Assembly: GCA_964410055.1 (NCBI GenBank)
Contig: CAYPGK010000009.1
Location: 5,549 to 60,347, forward strand
Direction: 5' to 3'
DNA: 54,799 nt
DNA from: an uncultured Gemmatimonadaceae bacterium
GTDB taxonomy: Bacteria; Gemmatimonadota; Gemmatimonadetes; Longimicrobiales; RSA9
The notes below the pieces were generated by a model. It had not been told where the DNA came from. It saw nothing but the letters and a program-made list of their open reading frames with translations, and ran no database searches. Shown here in pieces: positions 7,563-17,392 of the stretch; position 1 is the first letter of the stretch, and every line of letters starts with the position of its first letter. Both the position numbers and the translations under genes were made by a program.

Positions 7563-9580
7563 AGGTGACGCCGCGTTCTCACGCGTGGCGCCGTCGCGCG
7601 CTGCTGCTCGCGATGCTCGTGATCGGGCTCGTGGTTCTCGCGCGCGGCTTCCAGCTCCAGGTGCTGGAGGGCGAGTCGTGGCGTGCGCGCGCGGTGGGGC
7701 AGCAGCGGCAGCGGGTGGAGTTGCCTGCGCCGCGGGGGACGATCTACGACCGGAACGGCGTGCCGCTCGCTGCGAGCCGCGAGGCATACCGGATCGCGGT
7801 CGCGCCGAGGGAGGTCCGGGACGCCGCTGCGCTTTCGGCGCGTCTGCGGGAGGTGCTGGGCGTGACGGCGCAGCAGGCGCGGCGCGCGGTGGACCCGAAG
7901 CGGGCCTGGGTGGTGCTTCCCGGGCGTTACGACGAGGTGGCGCGGCAGCGGCTCGCGGCCGAGCCGGGCGTCCACTTCGAGCGGGTGATCGAGCGGCTGT
8001 ACCCGCACGGCGATCTTGCGCTCGAGCTGATCGGCCGTGTGGGCGCCGACGGCCGTGCGCAGGGCGGGCTCGAGCTGGAGTTCGACTCGCTGCTCGCGGG
8101 CAAGCCGGGCGAGGCGGTGGCGAGGCGGGACGTGCTGGGGCGGGTGATCCCGGGCGCCGTGATCACGGTCCAGGAGCCGGTCCCCGGTCACGACGTGGTG
8201 CTGACGATCGATTACGCTCTCCAGGAGATCGCCGACGACGCGCTGCGGCGCGCGATCGAGAAGACGGAGGCGGCGGGCGGCGACCTGGTGCTGGCGGACC
8301 CGGAGACGGGGGAGATCCTGGCAGCGGCGACGGTACGGCGCGATGGTCCGCGCAACTGGCTCGCGGTGACGGAGCCGTACGAGCCGGGCTCGACGATCAA
8401 GCCGTTCGTCGCCGCTGCTCTCCTGAACGAGCGTCGCGTGACGATGGCCGACAGCGTCTACGCGGAGCAGGGTCGTTACGTGAACGGCGGCCGGACCATC
8501 ACGGACGTGAACGGGTACGGATGGCTGACCCTCCGCGACGCGTTGCGCTACTCCTCGAACATCGCGATGGCGAAGGTGGCCGAGCGTCTGGAGCCGGCGG
8601 AGCAGTACGCCTACCTCCGGGACTTCGGGTTCGGCACGCCGACGGGCGTGTCGTACCCGTCGGAGGCATCGGGGCTGCTGCGCCGGCCGGAGCGGTGGTC
8701 ACGGTATTCGCAGAGCAGTCTGGCGATGGGGTACGAAGTCTCGGTCACGCCGCTTCAGATGGTGCTGGCGTACGGTGCGCTCGCGAACGGCGGCGTGCTC
8801 ATGGAGCCGCGCCTGGTGCGCGAAGTCCGTACGCGGGGCGGGCGGGTGGTCGAGCGCTACTCGCCGCAGCCGGTCCGCCGCGTGGTGCCCGGCGCGGTCG
8901 CGCGGGAGATCAGCGAGGCGCTGGTCGACGTGGTCGAGGCCGGGACCGGCCAGGCGGCGGGTCTGGGGCCGTTCCAGGTGGCGGGGAAGACGGGCACGGC
9001 GCGCCAGGTCCGGGACGGCCGCTACGAAGCGGGGAGCTACACGGCGTCGTTTGCTGGCTTCTTTCCGGCTGACGACCCGCAGTTCTCCTTCCTGGTCCGC
9101 CTGGACCGGCCGAAGGGCGCGTACTATGGCGGGCTCGCGGCGGCGCCGGTAATGCGGGCGACGCTCGCGGCCGCGCTCGCCGCGCGCGAGACGGCGCTGG
9201 ACCGTCGAGCGGTCGCGGCGGCGGTGGCGCCGAGCCGGTCGGCCGAGGAAAAGCCGACGACGCCGCGCCGGGCGCGGGTCGAGGCCCCGACCGACGCGGC
9301 GCTCCCCACGGTCGCGACGCCGCCTCCGGCCGGTCCGTTCATCTTCGCGATGAACGCCGCGCCGCTGCGCAGGATCGATGATGCGACCGCGCCTGCGGCG
9401 CGGGAGGTTCCCGCGGTGAAGGGGCTCGCGCTGCGGGATGCCGCGCTACGGCTCCACGAGGCCGGGTTCCGTGTGGTCGTCGAGGGGAGCGGCCCCGCCG
9501 TGGAGACGGTGCCGAAGGCGGGCGTCAAGGCGCGGCCGGGCTCGGTGGTCCGGGTGCGGGGGAAGGAGGCGGAACGGTGA
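7559..9580 (+). CDS. ftsI: Class B penicillin-binding protein FtsI with C-terminal PASTA domain
   Basis: RGTIYDRNG, EPGSTIK (SxxK), SSN and KTGT motifs; C-terminal VPAVKGLALRDA PASTA-like segment. Confidence 0.93.
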   Translation: MKVTPRSHAWRRRALLLAMLVIGLVVLARGFQLQVLEGESWRARAVGQQRQRVELPAPRGTIYDRNGVPLAASREAYRIAVAPREVRDAAALSARLREVLGVTAQQARRAVDPKRAWVVLPGRYDEVARQRLAAEPGVHFERVIERLYPHGDLALELIGRVGADGRAQGGLELEFDSLLAGKPGEAVARRDVLGRVIPGAVITVQEPVPGHDVVLTIDYALQEIADDALRRAIEKTEAAGGDLVLADPETGEILAAATVRRDGPRNWLAVTEPYEPGSTIKPFVAAALLNERRVTMADSVYAEQGRYVNGGRTITDVNGYGWLTLRDALRYSSNIAMAKVAERLEPAEQYAYLRDFGFGTPTGVSYPSEASGLLRRPERWSRYSQSSLAMGYEVSVTPLQMVLAYGALANGGVLMEPRLVREVRTRGGRVVERYSPQPVRRVVPGAVAREISEALVDVVEAGTGQAAGLGPFQVAGKTGTARQVRDGRYEAGSYTASFAGFFPADDPQFSFLVRLDRPKGAYYGGLAAAPVMRATLAAALAARETALDRRAVAAAVAPSRSAEEKPTTPRRARVEAPTDAALPTVATPPPAGPFIFAMNAAPLRRIDDATAPAAREVPAVKGLALRDAALRLHEAGFRVVVEGSGPAVETVPKAGVKARPGSVVRVRGKEAER

Positions 9581-11067
9581 GGCGCGGCGCGATCGGCATA
9601 GGCGAGATCGTGCGGCGCCTCGAGGCCGAGGGGCGCGTGGTCTCCGCACCGGGCACGGACACGGTGATCACCGGCATCGCGGACGACAGCCGCCGCGTCC
9701 GGGCCGGCGACCTGTACTGCGCCTGGGCCGGCACGGCGCTGGACGGCCACCGCTTCGTCCCCGCAGCCGAATCCGCGGGCGCGGTGGCCGCGCTGGTCGA
9801 GCGGCCCGTGCCCGAGAGCTCGCTGCCGCAGGTGGTCGTGCGGGACGGGCGTCGGTCGGCAGCGCTCGCGGCCGCGACGTTCTACGGCGATCCCGCCGAC
9901 ACGCTTCGCCTCGTGGGTGTCACCGGGACGAATGGCAAGACCACGACGACGTGGCTCCTGCGCCACCTCCTGGGCGCGCGCTGGGGCGCGGCTTCGATCG
10001 GCACGCTCGGCGTGATCCTCGAGGACGGTAGCCCGTTCCCGGGCGGCGAGTCGCTCACGACGCCTGGGCCGGTCGACATGGCGCGGGTGCTTCGCGAGTT
10101 GGTCGACCGCGGTGTGGGCGCGGTGGCGATGGAGGTCTCCTCGCACGCCCTCGACCAGGGGCGCGTGCACGCGCTGCGCTTCGACGCGGCGATCTTCACG
10201 AACCTGACGCGTGACCACCTGGACTACCACGGCACCGAAGAGGCCTACGTGAGCGCGAAGCGGTCGCTCGTCGGGATGCTCCGGGAGGGCGGCGCCGCGG
10301 TGCTCAATGCGGACGACGGCGCGTGGTCCGGGCTGGGCGATGAAGCGCCTCGGGCGCTGGATTACGCGATCGAACGGGACGGCGCGGCGGTCCGCGCAGA
10401 GCAGGTCGAGCTCGGCCCCTTCGGCGCTCGCTTCCGGCTGGTCACGCCGACGGGCGTGGCGAAGGTCGAGCTTCCCCTGCTCGGTGGCTTCAACGTCTAC
10501 AACGCGCTGGGCGCGGCCGGCGCCGCGCTCGCGCTGGGCTTCGAGGTGGACGAGGTCGCTTCGCTGCTCGAGTCGGCGCCCCAGGTGCCGGGCCGGCTGG
10601 AGAAGGTGGCCGACGCGCCGTGCACGGTGCTCCGCGACTACGCCCACACGCCGGACGCGCTGGAGCGGGTACTGACTGCGCTGCGGCCGCTGGTGCCGGG
10701 GCGCCTCATCGTCGTCTTCGGCGCGGGCGGCGACCGGGACCGGGGCAAGCGGCCGCTCATGGGCGCGGTGGCGGAGCAGTGGGCGGACATTCCGATCGTG
10801 ACGTCGGACAACCCGCGCACGGAAGATCCCGAGCTGATCATCGCCGAGATCGAGGCGGGGATGCCCGCGCGCCGGCACCTGCGGGTCACGGACCGGAGGG
10901 CGGCGATCGCGCGCGCGCTCGAGATCGCGCGGCCGGAGGACCTGGTGCTCCTGGCAGGGAAGGGACACGAGACGTACCAGATCGTGGGGAAGGAGAAGCT
11001 GCCGTTCGACGAGCGGGTGGTCGTGGCCGAGCTCGCGGCCGCGCGGGTGCCGGAGGTGGGCGCGTGA
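9577..11067 (+). CDS. murE: UDP-MurNAc-tripeptide synthetase MurE (meso-DAP type)
   Basis: GVTGTNGKTT, MEVSSH, DYAHTPD, DNPR and AGKGHETYQ motifs. Confidence 0.96.
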   Translation: MRRGAIGIGEIVRRLEAEGRVVSAPGTDTVITGIADDSRRVRAGDLYCAWAGTALDGHRFVPAAESAGAVAALVERPVPESSLPQVVVRDGRRSAALAAATFYGDPADTLRLVGVTGTNGKTTTTWLLRHLLGARWGAASIGTLGVILEDGSPFPGGESLTTPGPVDMARVLRELVDRGVGAVAMEVSSHALDQGRVHALRFDAAIFTNLTRDHLDYHGTEEAYVSAKRSLVGMLREGGAAVLNADDGAWSGLGDEAPRALDYAIERDGAAVRAEQVELGPFGARFRLVTPTGVAKVELPLLGGFNVYNALGAAGAALALGFEVDEVASLLESAPQVPGRLEKVADAPCTVLRDYAHTPDALERVLTALRPLVPGRLIVVFGAGGDRDRGKRPLMGAVAEQWADIPIVTSDNPRTEDPELIIAEIEAGMPARRHLRVTDRRAAIARALEIARPEDLVLLAGKGHETYQIVGKEKLPFDERVVVAELAAARVPEVGA

Positions 11068-12503
11068 GCGTGTTCTGGACCGATTCGGCGGTCCGACAGG
11101 CGCTCGGCCTCGCGGGGGCGGCGCCGGCCGAATACCCGGCCGTCTGGACGGACACGCGCACGATCCCCGAGGGCGCGCTCTTCGTTGCGCTCAGGGGCGA
11201 ACGCTTCGACGCGCACGACTTCCTGGCCCAGGCCGCGGAGCGGGGTGCGCGCGGCGCGGTGGTCGAGCGAGTGCCCGAGGGCGCGCCGTCGTCGCTGGTC
11301 TACTACGAGGTGCCCGACACGCTCGAGGCGCTCGGCCAGCTCGCGCGGCACTACCGCCGCTCGCTCGGCGCTCGGGTCTGCGCCGTGGTCGGGAGCAACG
11401 GCAAGACGACGACGAAGGACCTCGCGAAGGCGGTGCTCGAGACGCGCTACCGCGTGCACGCGACGGAGGCGAACCTCAACAACCTGATCGGCGTGCCGCT
11501 CACGCTCCTCGCGGCGCCGGTGGACGCGGAGGCGCTGGTCGTCGAGGTCGGCACGAACACGCCGGGCGAGGTCGGGCGGCTGGCGCGGATCGTGGAGCCG
11601 GACGTGGCGATCATCACGACGGTCGCCGAGGAGCACCTGGAGGGACTCGGCGACCTGGAGGGCGTGCTCCGGGAGGAGACGGCGATCCTGGAAGCGCTGC
11701 CATCGCAAGGAGTTGCACTGGTCGGCGAAGAGCCGCCGGAGCTGGCCGAACGCGCGCGCACGATGGCGTCGCGCGTCCGGGTCTGTGGCTGGAGCGAACT
11801 CGCGGACGCGGAGTTGCGAGCCGAACGGGTGGAGCTGGATGAACAAGGGCGGACCAGCTTCCACTGGCAGGATCGAACCGTTCGGCTCGCATTCCGCGGC
11901 CGGCCCAACGCGCGCAACGCGCTCCTCGCCCTGGCCCTCGGGCTCGAGTGGGGCGTGGACGTGGATGCGGCCGTCGCGGCGCTGGCCCATGTCCGCCCGC
12001 CCAGGATGCGCGGGGAGATGCACCGGTACGGCGATCTGACGGTGATCGCCGACTGCTACAACGCGAACCCCGCGAGCGTGGAAGCCGCGGTCGACCTGCT
12101 GGTCTCGTTGCCGCGGAACGGTGCGAGGGTCGCGGTCCTCGGCACGATGCGCGAGCTGGGGACCGCGAGCGAAGGGCTGCACCGCAGGACGGCGGAGGCG
12201 GTTGCCGCCGCCGATGTGGACCTGATCGTGGCGACGGGGGAGTTCGCCGCCGCGTTCGAGCCGCTGGCCGGCCAGCTCGGCGACCGGCTGATCGCGGTGG
12301 ACGATCCGCTGGACGCGTACGCGCCGCTCGCCAGTCGGCTGAGCGGGCGTGAAGTCGTGCTGCTCAAAGGTTCGCGGGGCGTCGCGCTGGAGCGGCTGCT
12401 TCCGCGTTTCGAGGAGGACTGGGGCCGATCGGCCGATTCCCCGCGCCTCGAGGACGGGGCGCGACCCGGGGACCAGGCGGCGACCGCCGCCAAGGGAGAG
12501 TGA
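11064..12503 (+). CDS. murF: UDP-MurNAc-pentapeptide synthetase MurF
   Basis: GTGA overlap with murE; DTR, GERFDAH, GSNGKTTTK, DCYNANP and KGSRG motifs. Confidence 0.94.
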   Translation: MSVFWTDSAVRQALGLAGAAPAEYPAVWTDTRTIPEGALFVALRGERFDAHDFLAQAAERGARGAVVERVPEGAPSSLVYYEVPDTLEALGQLARHYRRSLGARVCAVVGSNGKTTTKDLAKAVLETRYRVHATEANLNNLIGVPLTLLAAPVDAEALVVEVGTNTPGEVGRLARIVEPDVAIITTVAEEHLEGLGDLEGVLREETAILEALPSQGVALVGEEPPELAERARTMASRVRVCGWSELADAELRAERVELDEQGRTSFHWQDRTVRLAFRGRPNARNALLALALGLEWGVDVDAAVAALAHVRPPRMRGEMHRYGDLTVIADCYNANPASVEAAVDLLVSLPRNGARVAVLGTMRELGTASEGLHRRTAEAVAAADVDLIVATGEFAAAFEPLAGQLGDRLIAVDDPLDAYAPLASRLSGREVVLLKGSRGVALERLLPRFEEDWGRSADSPRLEDGARPGDQAATAAKGE

Positions 12504-12506
12504 CGT

Positions 12507-13613
12507 GTGCTCTACCATCTGCTGACGCCACTGGCAGAGTATCACATTTTCTTCAACCTGTTCCGTTACATCACGTTCCGCGCGGCCGGGGCGATGGTGA
12601 CGGCGCTGGTGTTGTCGTTCCTGCTGGGGCCGGCGGTGATCCGGTGGCTGCGTACGCTGCGCGTCGGGCAGGTGGTGCGCCAGGACGGGCCGGAGACGCA
12701 TTACGGCAAGGCCGGTACGCCGACCATGGGCGGCGTGCTGATCCTGATCGCGACCGTCACGGCGACGGTGCTCTGGGCCGAGCTGACCAACCCGTACACG
12801 GTCATCGCCCTGATCGTCCTGGTCTGGATGGGCGTGCTCGGGTTCATCGACGACTACCTGAAGGTCGTCCGCCGTCGGACCGAGGGGCTGGTCGGGCGCT
12901 ACAAGCTGATCGGCCAGGGGCTGCTCGGACTGATCCTCGGGATCTACCTCTGGAAGTGGCCGATCAGCCCGGTCCCGTTCAACTGGACGGGGCTGCCGTT
13001 CTTCGCAGACCACTTCCTGGTCCTTGCACCGATCGTGTTCGTGCCGTGGGTGATGCTGGTGCTGGCCGGGAGCTCGAACGCGGTGAATCTGACGGACGGG
13101 CTGGACGGGCTGGCGGCGGGGCTTTCGGCGATCGCCGCGGCCACGTTTGCGGTCTTCGCCTACCTGATCGGCCGCATCGACACGGCGGATTACCTGGGCT
13201 TCTTCTACCTGCCTGGCGCCGGTGAACTGGCGATCTTCGCCGTGGCGCTGACGGGCGCTGCGCTCGGGTTCCTGTGGTACAACGCGCACCCGGCGGAAGT
13301 CTTCATGGGCGACACCGGGTCGCTCGCGATCGGCGGCGCGATCGGCGCGATCGCGATCCTGCTAAAGCTGGAGTTCCTGCTGGTCATCGTGGGCGGCGTC
13401 TTCGTGCTGGAGGCGCTCTCGGTGATTCTGCAGGTCGGCTACTTCAAGTACACGGCGCGGCGGTACGGCCAGGGGCGGCGGATCCTGAAGATGGCGCCGT
13501 TGCACCACCACTTCGAGAAGGCGGGGTGGGTGGAGAGCAAGGTGATCATCCGCTTCTGGATCCTGGGGATCCTCTTCACGCTCCTGGCGTTCAGCACGCT
13601 CAAGATCCGGTGA
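12507..13613 (+). CDS. mraY: Phospho-MurNAc-pentapeptide transferase MraY
   Basis: KAGTPTMGG, DDYLK, NAVNLTDGLDGL, FMGDTGS and MAPLHHHFE motifs. Confidence 0.97.
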   Translation: MLYHLLTPLAEYHIFFNLFRYITFRAAGAMVTALVLSFLLGPAVIRWLRTLRVGQVVRQDGPETHYGKAGTPTMGGVLILIATVTATVLWAELTNPYTVIALIVLVWMGVLGFIDDYLKVVRRRTEGLVGRYKLIGQGLLGLILGIYLWKWPISPVPFNWTGLPFFADHFLVLAPIVFVPWVMLVLAGSSNAVNLTDGLDGLAAGLSAIAAATFAVFAYLIGRIDTADYLGFFYLPGAGELAIFAVALTGAALGFLWYNAHPAEVFMGDTGSLAIGGAIGAIAILLKLEFLLVIVGGVFVLEALSVILQVGYFKYTARRYGQGRRILKMAPLHHHFEKAGWVESKVIIRFWILGILFTLLAFSTLKIR

Positions 13614-15001
13614 TGATGGCGCGGCGTGCCGGCGCGGCCGGCGGGACGGTTGCGGTGCTCGGGCTCGCGCGGAGCGGGTGCGCGGCGGCCGAGCTCGCGC
13701 TGCACGCCGGCTACCGGGTCTACGCATCGGATGCCGGGGACTCGCCGGCGCTGCGCGAGGCGGCCGAGGCGGTGCGCCGGGCGGGCGGGGAGGCGGAGGT
13801 GGGGGGGCACTCGGTCGAGAAGATCGCCGCGAGCGAGCTGGTCGTGGTGAGCCCCGGGATCCCGCCGACGGCGCCGATCTTCGCCGAGCCGGGCGTGGCC
13901 GGGGTGCCGCGGGTCTCGGAGCTGGAGTTCGCGTTCCGGTTCCTCGATGCGCCGGTCGCGGCGGTGACGGGGACGAACGGCAAGACGACGACGGCGGCGC
14001 TCGCGTCGAACCTGCTCCGGACGGCGGGGCTGGACGCGCCGGCCGCGGGGAACATCGGGCTCGCGCTCTCGGAGGTCGCGCGCCGCGAGCCCGCGCCGGA
14101 CTGGGTCGTCGTGGAGGCGAGCTCCTTCCAGCTCGCGGACATCGACACCTTCGTGCCGAGGATCGGCGTGGTGACGAACCTGGCGCCGGACCACCTGGAC
14201 CGGTACCCGACGGTCGAGGCCTACTACGCCGACAAGACGCGCCTCTTCGAGAACGCGACCGAGTCGAGCCGCTGGGTGCTGAACGGCGAGGAGCCGGAGG
14301 TGCTGGCGCTCGCGGGCGACGCGCCCGGGCGGCGCTACTTGTTCCGCGTACGGAGCGCGCCGTGCTCGCAGGAGCTGGGCGGCCACGTGGCGGCGGATGG
14401 CGTGCTCACGCTCCGGACCGAATCGGGTGAGGTGCCGCTGGTGCACGTTTCGGAGCTCCGGATCCTGGGCGAGCACAACCGGGCGAACGCGCTCGCGGCG
14501 TCGCTGGTTGCGGTGCTGGCGGGCGCGGATGTCGAAGCGGTTCGGGAGGGGCTGCGCACCTTCCGGGCGCTCGAGCACCGGCTCGAGCCGATCGTCGAGA
14601 GGGACGGCGTGCTCTGGATCAACGATTCGAAGGCGACGAACGTCGAGTCGACGCGCGTGGCGCTGCGCAGCGTGACGCGCCCGACGGTGCTGCTGCTGGG
14701 CGGCCGTCACAAAGGCGAGCCGTACACGTCGCTCGTGCCCGAGCTGAAGGCGCGCGCGCGGGCGGTGGTCGCGTACGGCGAGGCGGCGCCGATCGTCGAG
14801 GCGGAGCTGTCGCCCGCGGTGCGGGTCGAGCGGGTCGACGGCCCGTTCGAGGAGGTGGTCGCGCGCGCCGCGTCGCTCGCGCTGCCGGGCGACGTGATCC
14901 TGCTTTCTCCGGCGTGCGCGAGCTACGATATGTTCCGGGACTACGAAGAGCGGGGCCGGCGCTTCGCCGCGCTGGCGCGGGGGGAGGAGGAGCGTGCGTA
15001 A
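13613..15001 (+). CDS. murD: UDP-MurNAc-L-Ala:D-Glu ligase MurD
   Basis: TGATG overlap; GLARSG, VVSPGIP, TGTNGKTT, SSFQL, NDSKATN and LSPACASYD motifs. Confidence 0.95.
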   Translation: MMARRAGAAGGTVAVLGLARSGCAAAELALHAGYRVYASDAGDSPALREAAEAVRRAGGEAEVGGHSVEKIAASELVVVSPGIPPTAPIFAEPGVAGVPRVSELEFAFRFLDAPVAAVTGTNGKTTTAALASNLLRTAGLDAPAAGNIGLALSEVARREPAPDWVVVEASSFQLADIDTFVPRIGVVTNLAPDHLDRYPTVEAYYADKTRLFENATESSRWVLNGEEPEVLALAGDAPGRRYLFRVRSAPCSQELGGHVAADGVLTLRTESGEVPLVHVSELRILGEHNRANALAASLVAVLAGADVEAVREGLRTFRALEHRLEPIVERDGVLWINDSKATNVESTRVALRSVTRPTVLLLGGRHKGEPYTSLVPELKARARAVVAYGEAAPIVEAELSPAVRVERVDGPFEEVVARAASLALPGDVILLSPACASYDMFRDYEERGRRFAALARGEEERA

Positions 15002-16199
15002 CGGCGTCGGCGTCGCGACGGCGACGTGGGAAGACCTGTCCGCGACGGAGCGGACTCGCCTCGACACGGGGTGGGAGGGAGCAGTGCTGCTGCTGCTCTC
15101 TCTGGTCCTCCTCTCGTTCGGGCTGGTCATGCTCTACAGCGCGAGCGCGGCGAACGCACAGATGAGCGGGCTCGAGGACTACCACTTCGTGGTGCGGCAG
15201 GCGATGGGCGGCGCCATGGGACTGGTCGGTCTTGCGGTCTTCGCGCGCATCGACTACCGGCACCTGCGTCGCCTCGCCTGGCCGCTCCTCGGCGCGGTGA
15301 CGCTGCTCCTGCTGGTGGTCGTGATGCCGGGGACACAGGCGATCGCGCCGGAGATCAACGGCGCGCGGCGCTGGCTGGTCTTGGGCGGTCTGACGCTCCA
15401 GCCGTCGGAGTTCGCGAAGCTCGCGATCGTGATCTGGACGGCGGCGCTCGCGGTGAAGAAGCAGGACAAGCTGCCCAGCCTGAGCCGCGGGCTCCTGCCG
15501 TTCCTGATCGTCTGGGGCGCGGTCGTGGGGCTGATCGTCCTGGAGCCGAGCCTTTCGGCCGGGATGATCGTGGTGCTGCTCGCATCGCTGGTGGTCTTCG
15601 CCGCGGGTGCGCGGATCGGGCACTTCCTGGTGCTCGGCGTGGTCGGGCTCCCGCTTCTCTGGAGCCAGGTCGAGACGGCGGCGTACCGGATGCGGCGCGT
15701 GGTCGCGTTCCTGGACCCGTCGCACGATCCGGCGGGCGTGAGCTACCAGATCCGGCAGTCGCTGATCGCGGTGGGGAGCGGCGGCGTGTTCGGGCGCGGC
15801 TTCGGGCGCGGCGAGCAGAAGTTCGGCTTCCTCCCCGAGCCGCACAACGACTTCCTCTTCGCGATGATCGGCGAGGAGTGGGGGTTCATTGGCGTGTTCG
15901 CGGTGGTCGCGCTCTTCGTCGCGTTCGGGATGGTCGGCTACAGGGTGGCGCGGCAGGCGCCGGACCTCTTCGGCTCGCTCCTCGCGATCGGCGCGACCAA
16001 CGTGATCGTCGTGCAGGCGTTCCTGCACATGGCCGTCAACCTGGCGCTCGTTCCGACGACCGGCGTGACGCTGCCCTTCTTCTCCTACGGGCGGTCGAGC
16101 CTGCTGGTCTGCCTGGCGGCGGTCGGCGTGCTGATCTCGATCGCACGGGCCGGCAGCCGCGGCGACGCCGGGGTGGAGCCGGTTGGAGGGGCGGTGTGA
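14994..16199 (+). CDS. ftsW: Peptidoglycan polymerase FtsW
   Basis: GARRW, QPSEFAK, LPEPHNDF and LPFFSYG motifs; multi-TM. Confidence 0.95.
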   Translation: MRNGVGVATATWEDLSATERTRLDTGWEGAVLLLLSLVLLSFGLVMLYSASAANAQMSGLEDYHFVVRQAMGGAMGLVGLAVFARIDYRHLRRLAWPLLGAVTLLLLVVVMPGTQAIAPEINGARRWLVLGGLTLQPSEFAKLAIVIWTAALAVKKQDKLPSLSRGLLPFLIVWGAVVGLIVLEPSLSAGMIVVLLASLVVFAAGARIGHFLVLGVVGLPLLWSQVETAAYRMRRVVAFLDPSHDPAGVSYQIRQSLIAVGSGGVFGRGFGRGEQKFGFLPEPHNDFLFAMIGEEWGFIGVFAVVALFVAFGMVGYRVARQAPDLFGSLLAIGATNVIVVQAFLHMAVNLALVPTTGVTLPFFSYGRSSLLVCLAAVGVLISIARAGSRGDAGVEPVGGAV

Positions 16200-17392
16200 G
16201 CATGGGCGGGCGTGGCGGCGCGGCGGGCGCGCCCGCCGCGGGCCCGGGTGAGCGGCCCGGCGCAGGCACCGTCTGCGTCCTCTTCGCCGGCGGCGGCACC
16301 GGCGGGCACCTCTACCCGGCGCTCGCGCTGGCCGCGGCGATGAAGGAGGTGCACCCGGAGGTGGAGGCGCACTTCGTCGGTGCGCGGCGTGGCGTCGAGG
16401 CGCGGGTGTTCCCGGCGCAGGGCGTGCCGCACACGCTGCTGCCCTTCGAGCCGATCCGGCGCGACCGGGTCTGGCGCAACTGGCGGCTCGTGCCGGCGAT
16501 GGTGAAAAGCGCGGTCGGGCTCATGCGGCTGTTCCGAACTTTCCGGCCGCGGCTGGTGGTCGGGACCGGCGGATACGCGAGCGGACCGGCGTGCGCCTGG
16601 GCGCTGCTGCGAGGCGTGCCGGTCGCGGTGCAGGAGCAGAACTCGTATCCGGGGCTGGTCACGCGGTGGCTCTCCCGTTGGGCGCGGCAGGTCCACCTCG
16701 GCTTCCCCGAGGCGGCGCGGCACCTGCGGCCGGGCCCCGATACGGAGGTGTTCACACTCGGTAACCCGATCCGGCCGCCGGATCCGGGGCTCGACCCGGC
16801 GGCGTGCCGGCGGGAGTTCGGCCTCGCGCCGGAGGGGGTGGTCGGGCTGGTGGTGGGGGGGAGCCAGGGCGCGCGCGCGGTGAACGAGGCGCTGTGCCGC
16901 ACGCTCGAGGCGGTCGCTGCGGGCCGTCTCGAGGCGCCGCCCGAGGGCATGCAGCTCCTCTGGGCTACGGGCCCGGCGCACGTGGATTCGGTGCGGCGAC
17001 GGCTGGAGCCGCTCGGCGTCGAAGGCTGGGTGCGCGTCGTCGGCTACATCGAGGAGATGCCGAAAGCGCTCGCGGCGGCGGACTTCGCGCTCTCGCGGGC
17101 AGGCGCGATGGCGACGGCGGAGCTGATGGCGTGGGGGATCCCGGCGATCCTGGTCCCGCTGCCGACGGCGGCTGCGGACCATCAGACGCACAACGCGCGG
17201 GCGCTGGCGGAGGCGGGCGCGGCGGTGTGCGTGGCGGAGTCGGAGCTGTCGCCGGAGCGACTGTGGGGCGAGCTGCGCCGGATCGCCGGCGATGGGGCGC
17301 TGCGCGAGTCGATGGCGGAAAAGGCGCGCGGGCGTGCGCGGCCGGACGCGGCGCGCGAGATCGCGGAACGGATGCTTTCCCTGGTGGCGTGA
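16196..17392 (+). CDS. murG: Lipid II GlcNAc transferase MurG (start 16196 or 16202)
   Basis: GGGTGGHLYP, GTGGY, EQN, GGSQGA and HQTHNA motifs. Confidence 0.94.
   Translation: MSMGGRGGAAGAPAAGPGERPGAGTVCVLFAGGGTGGHLYPALALAAAMKEVHPEVEAHFVGARRGVEARVFPAQGVPHTLLPFEPIRRDRVWRNWRLVPAMVKSAVGLMRLFRTFRPRLVVGTGGYASGPACAWALLRGVPVAVQEQNSYPGLVTRWLSRWARQVHLGFPEAARHLRPGPDTEVFTLGNPIRPPDPGLDPAACRREFGLAPEGVVGLVVGGSQGARAVNEALCRTLEAVAAGRLEAPPEGMQLLWATGPAHVDSVRRRLEPLGVEGWVRVVGYIEEMPKALAAADFALSRAGAMATAELMAWGIPAILVPLPTAAADHQTHNARALAEAGAAVCVAESELSPERLWGELRRIAGDGALRESMAEKARGRARPDAAREIAERMLSLVA

Noticed and set aside
10638-13289. Very long antisense ORFs (e.g. 883 aa here, 942 aa at 20848-23676, 934 aa at 50862-53666)
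   Set aside because: Shadow frames of well-supported genes; Arg/Pro-rich with no motifs, as expected at this GC content.
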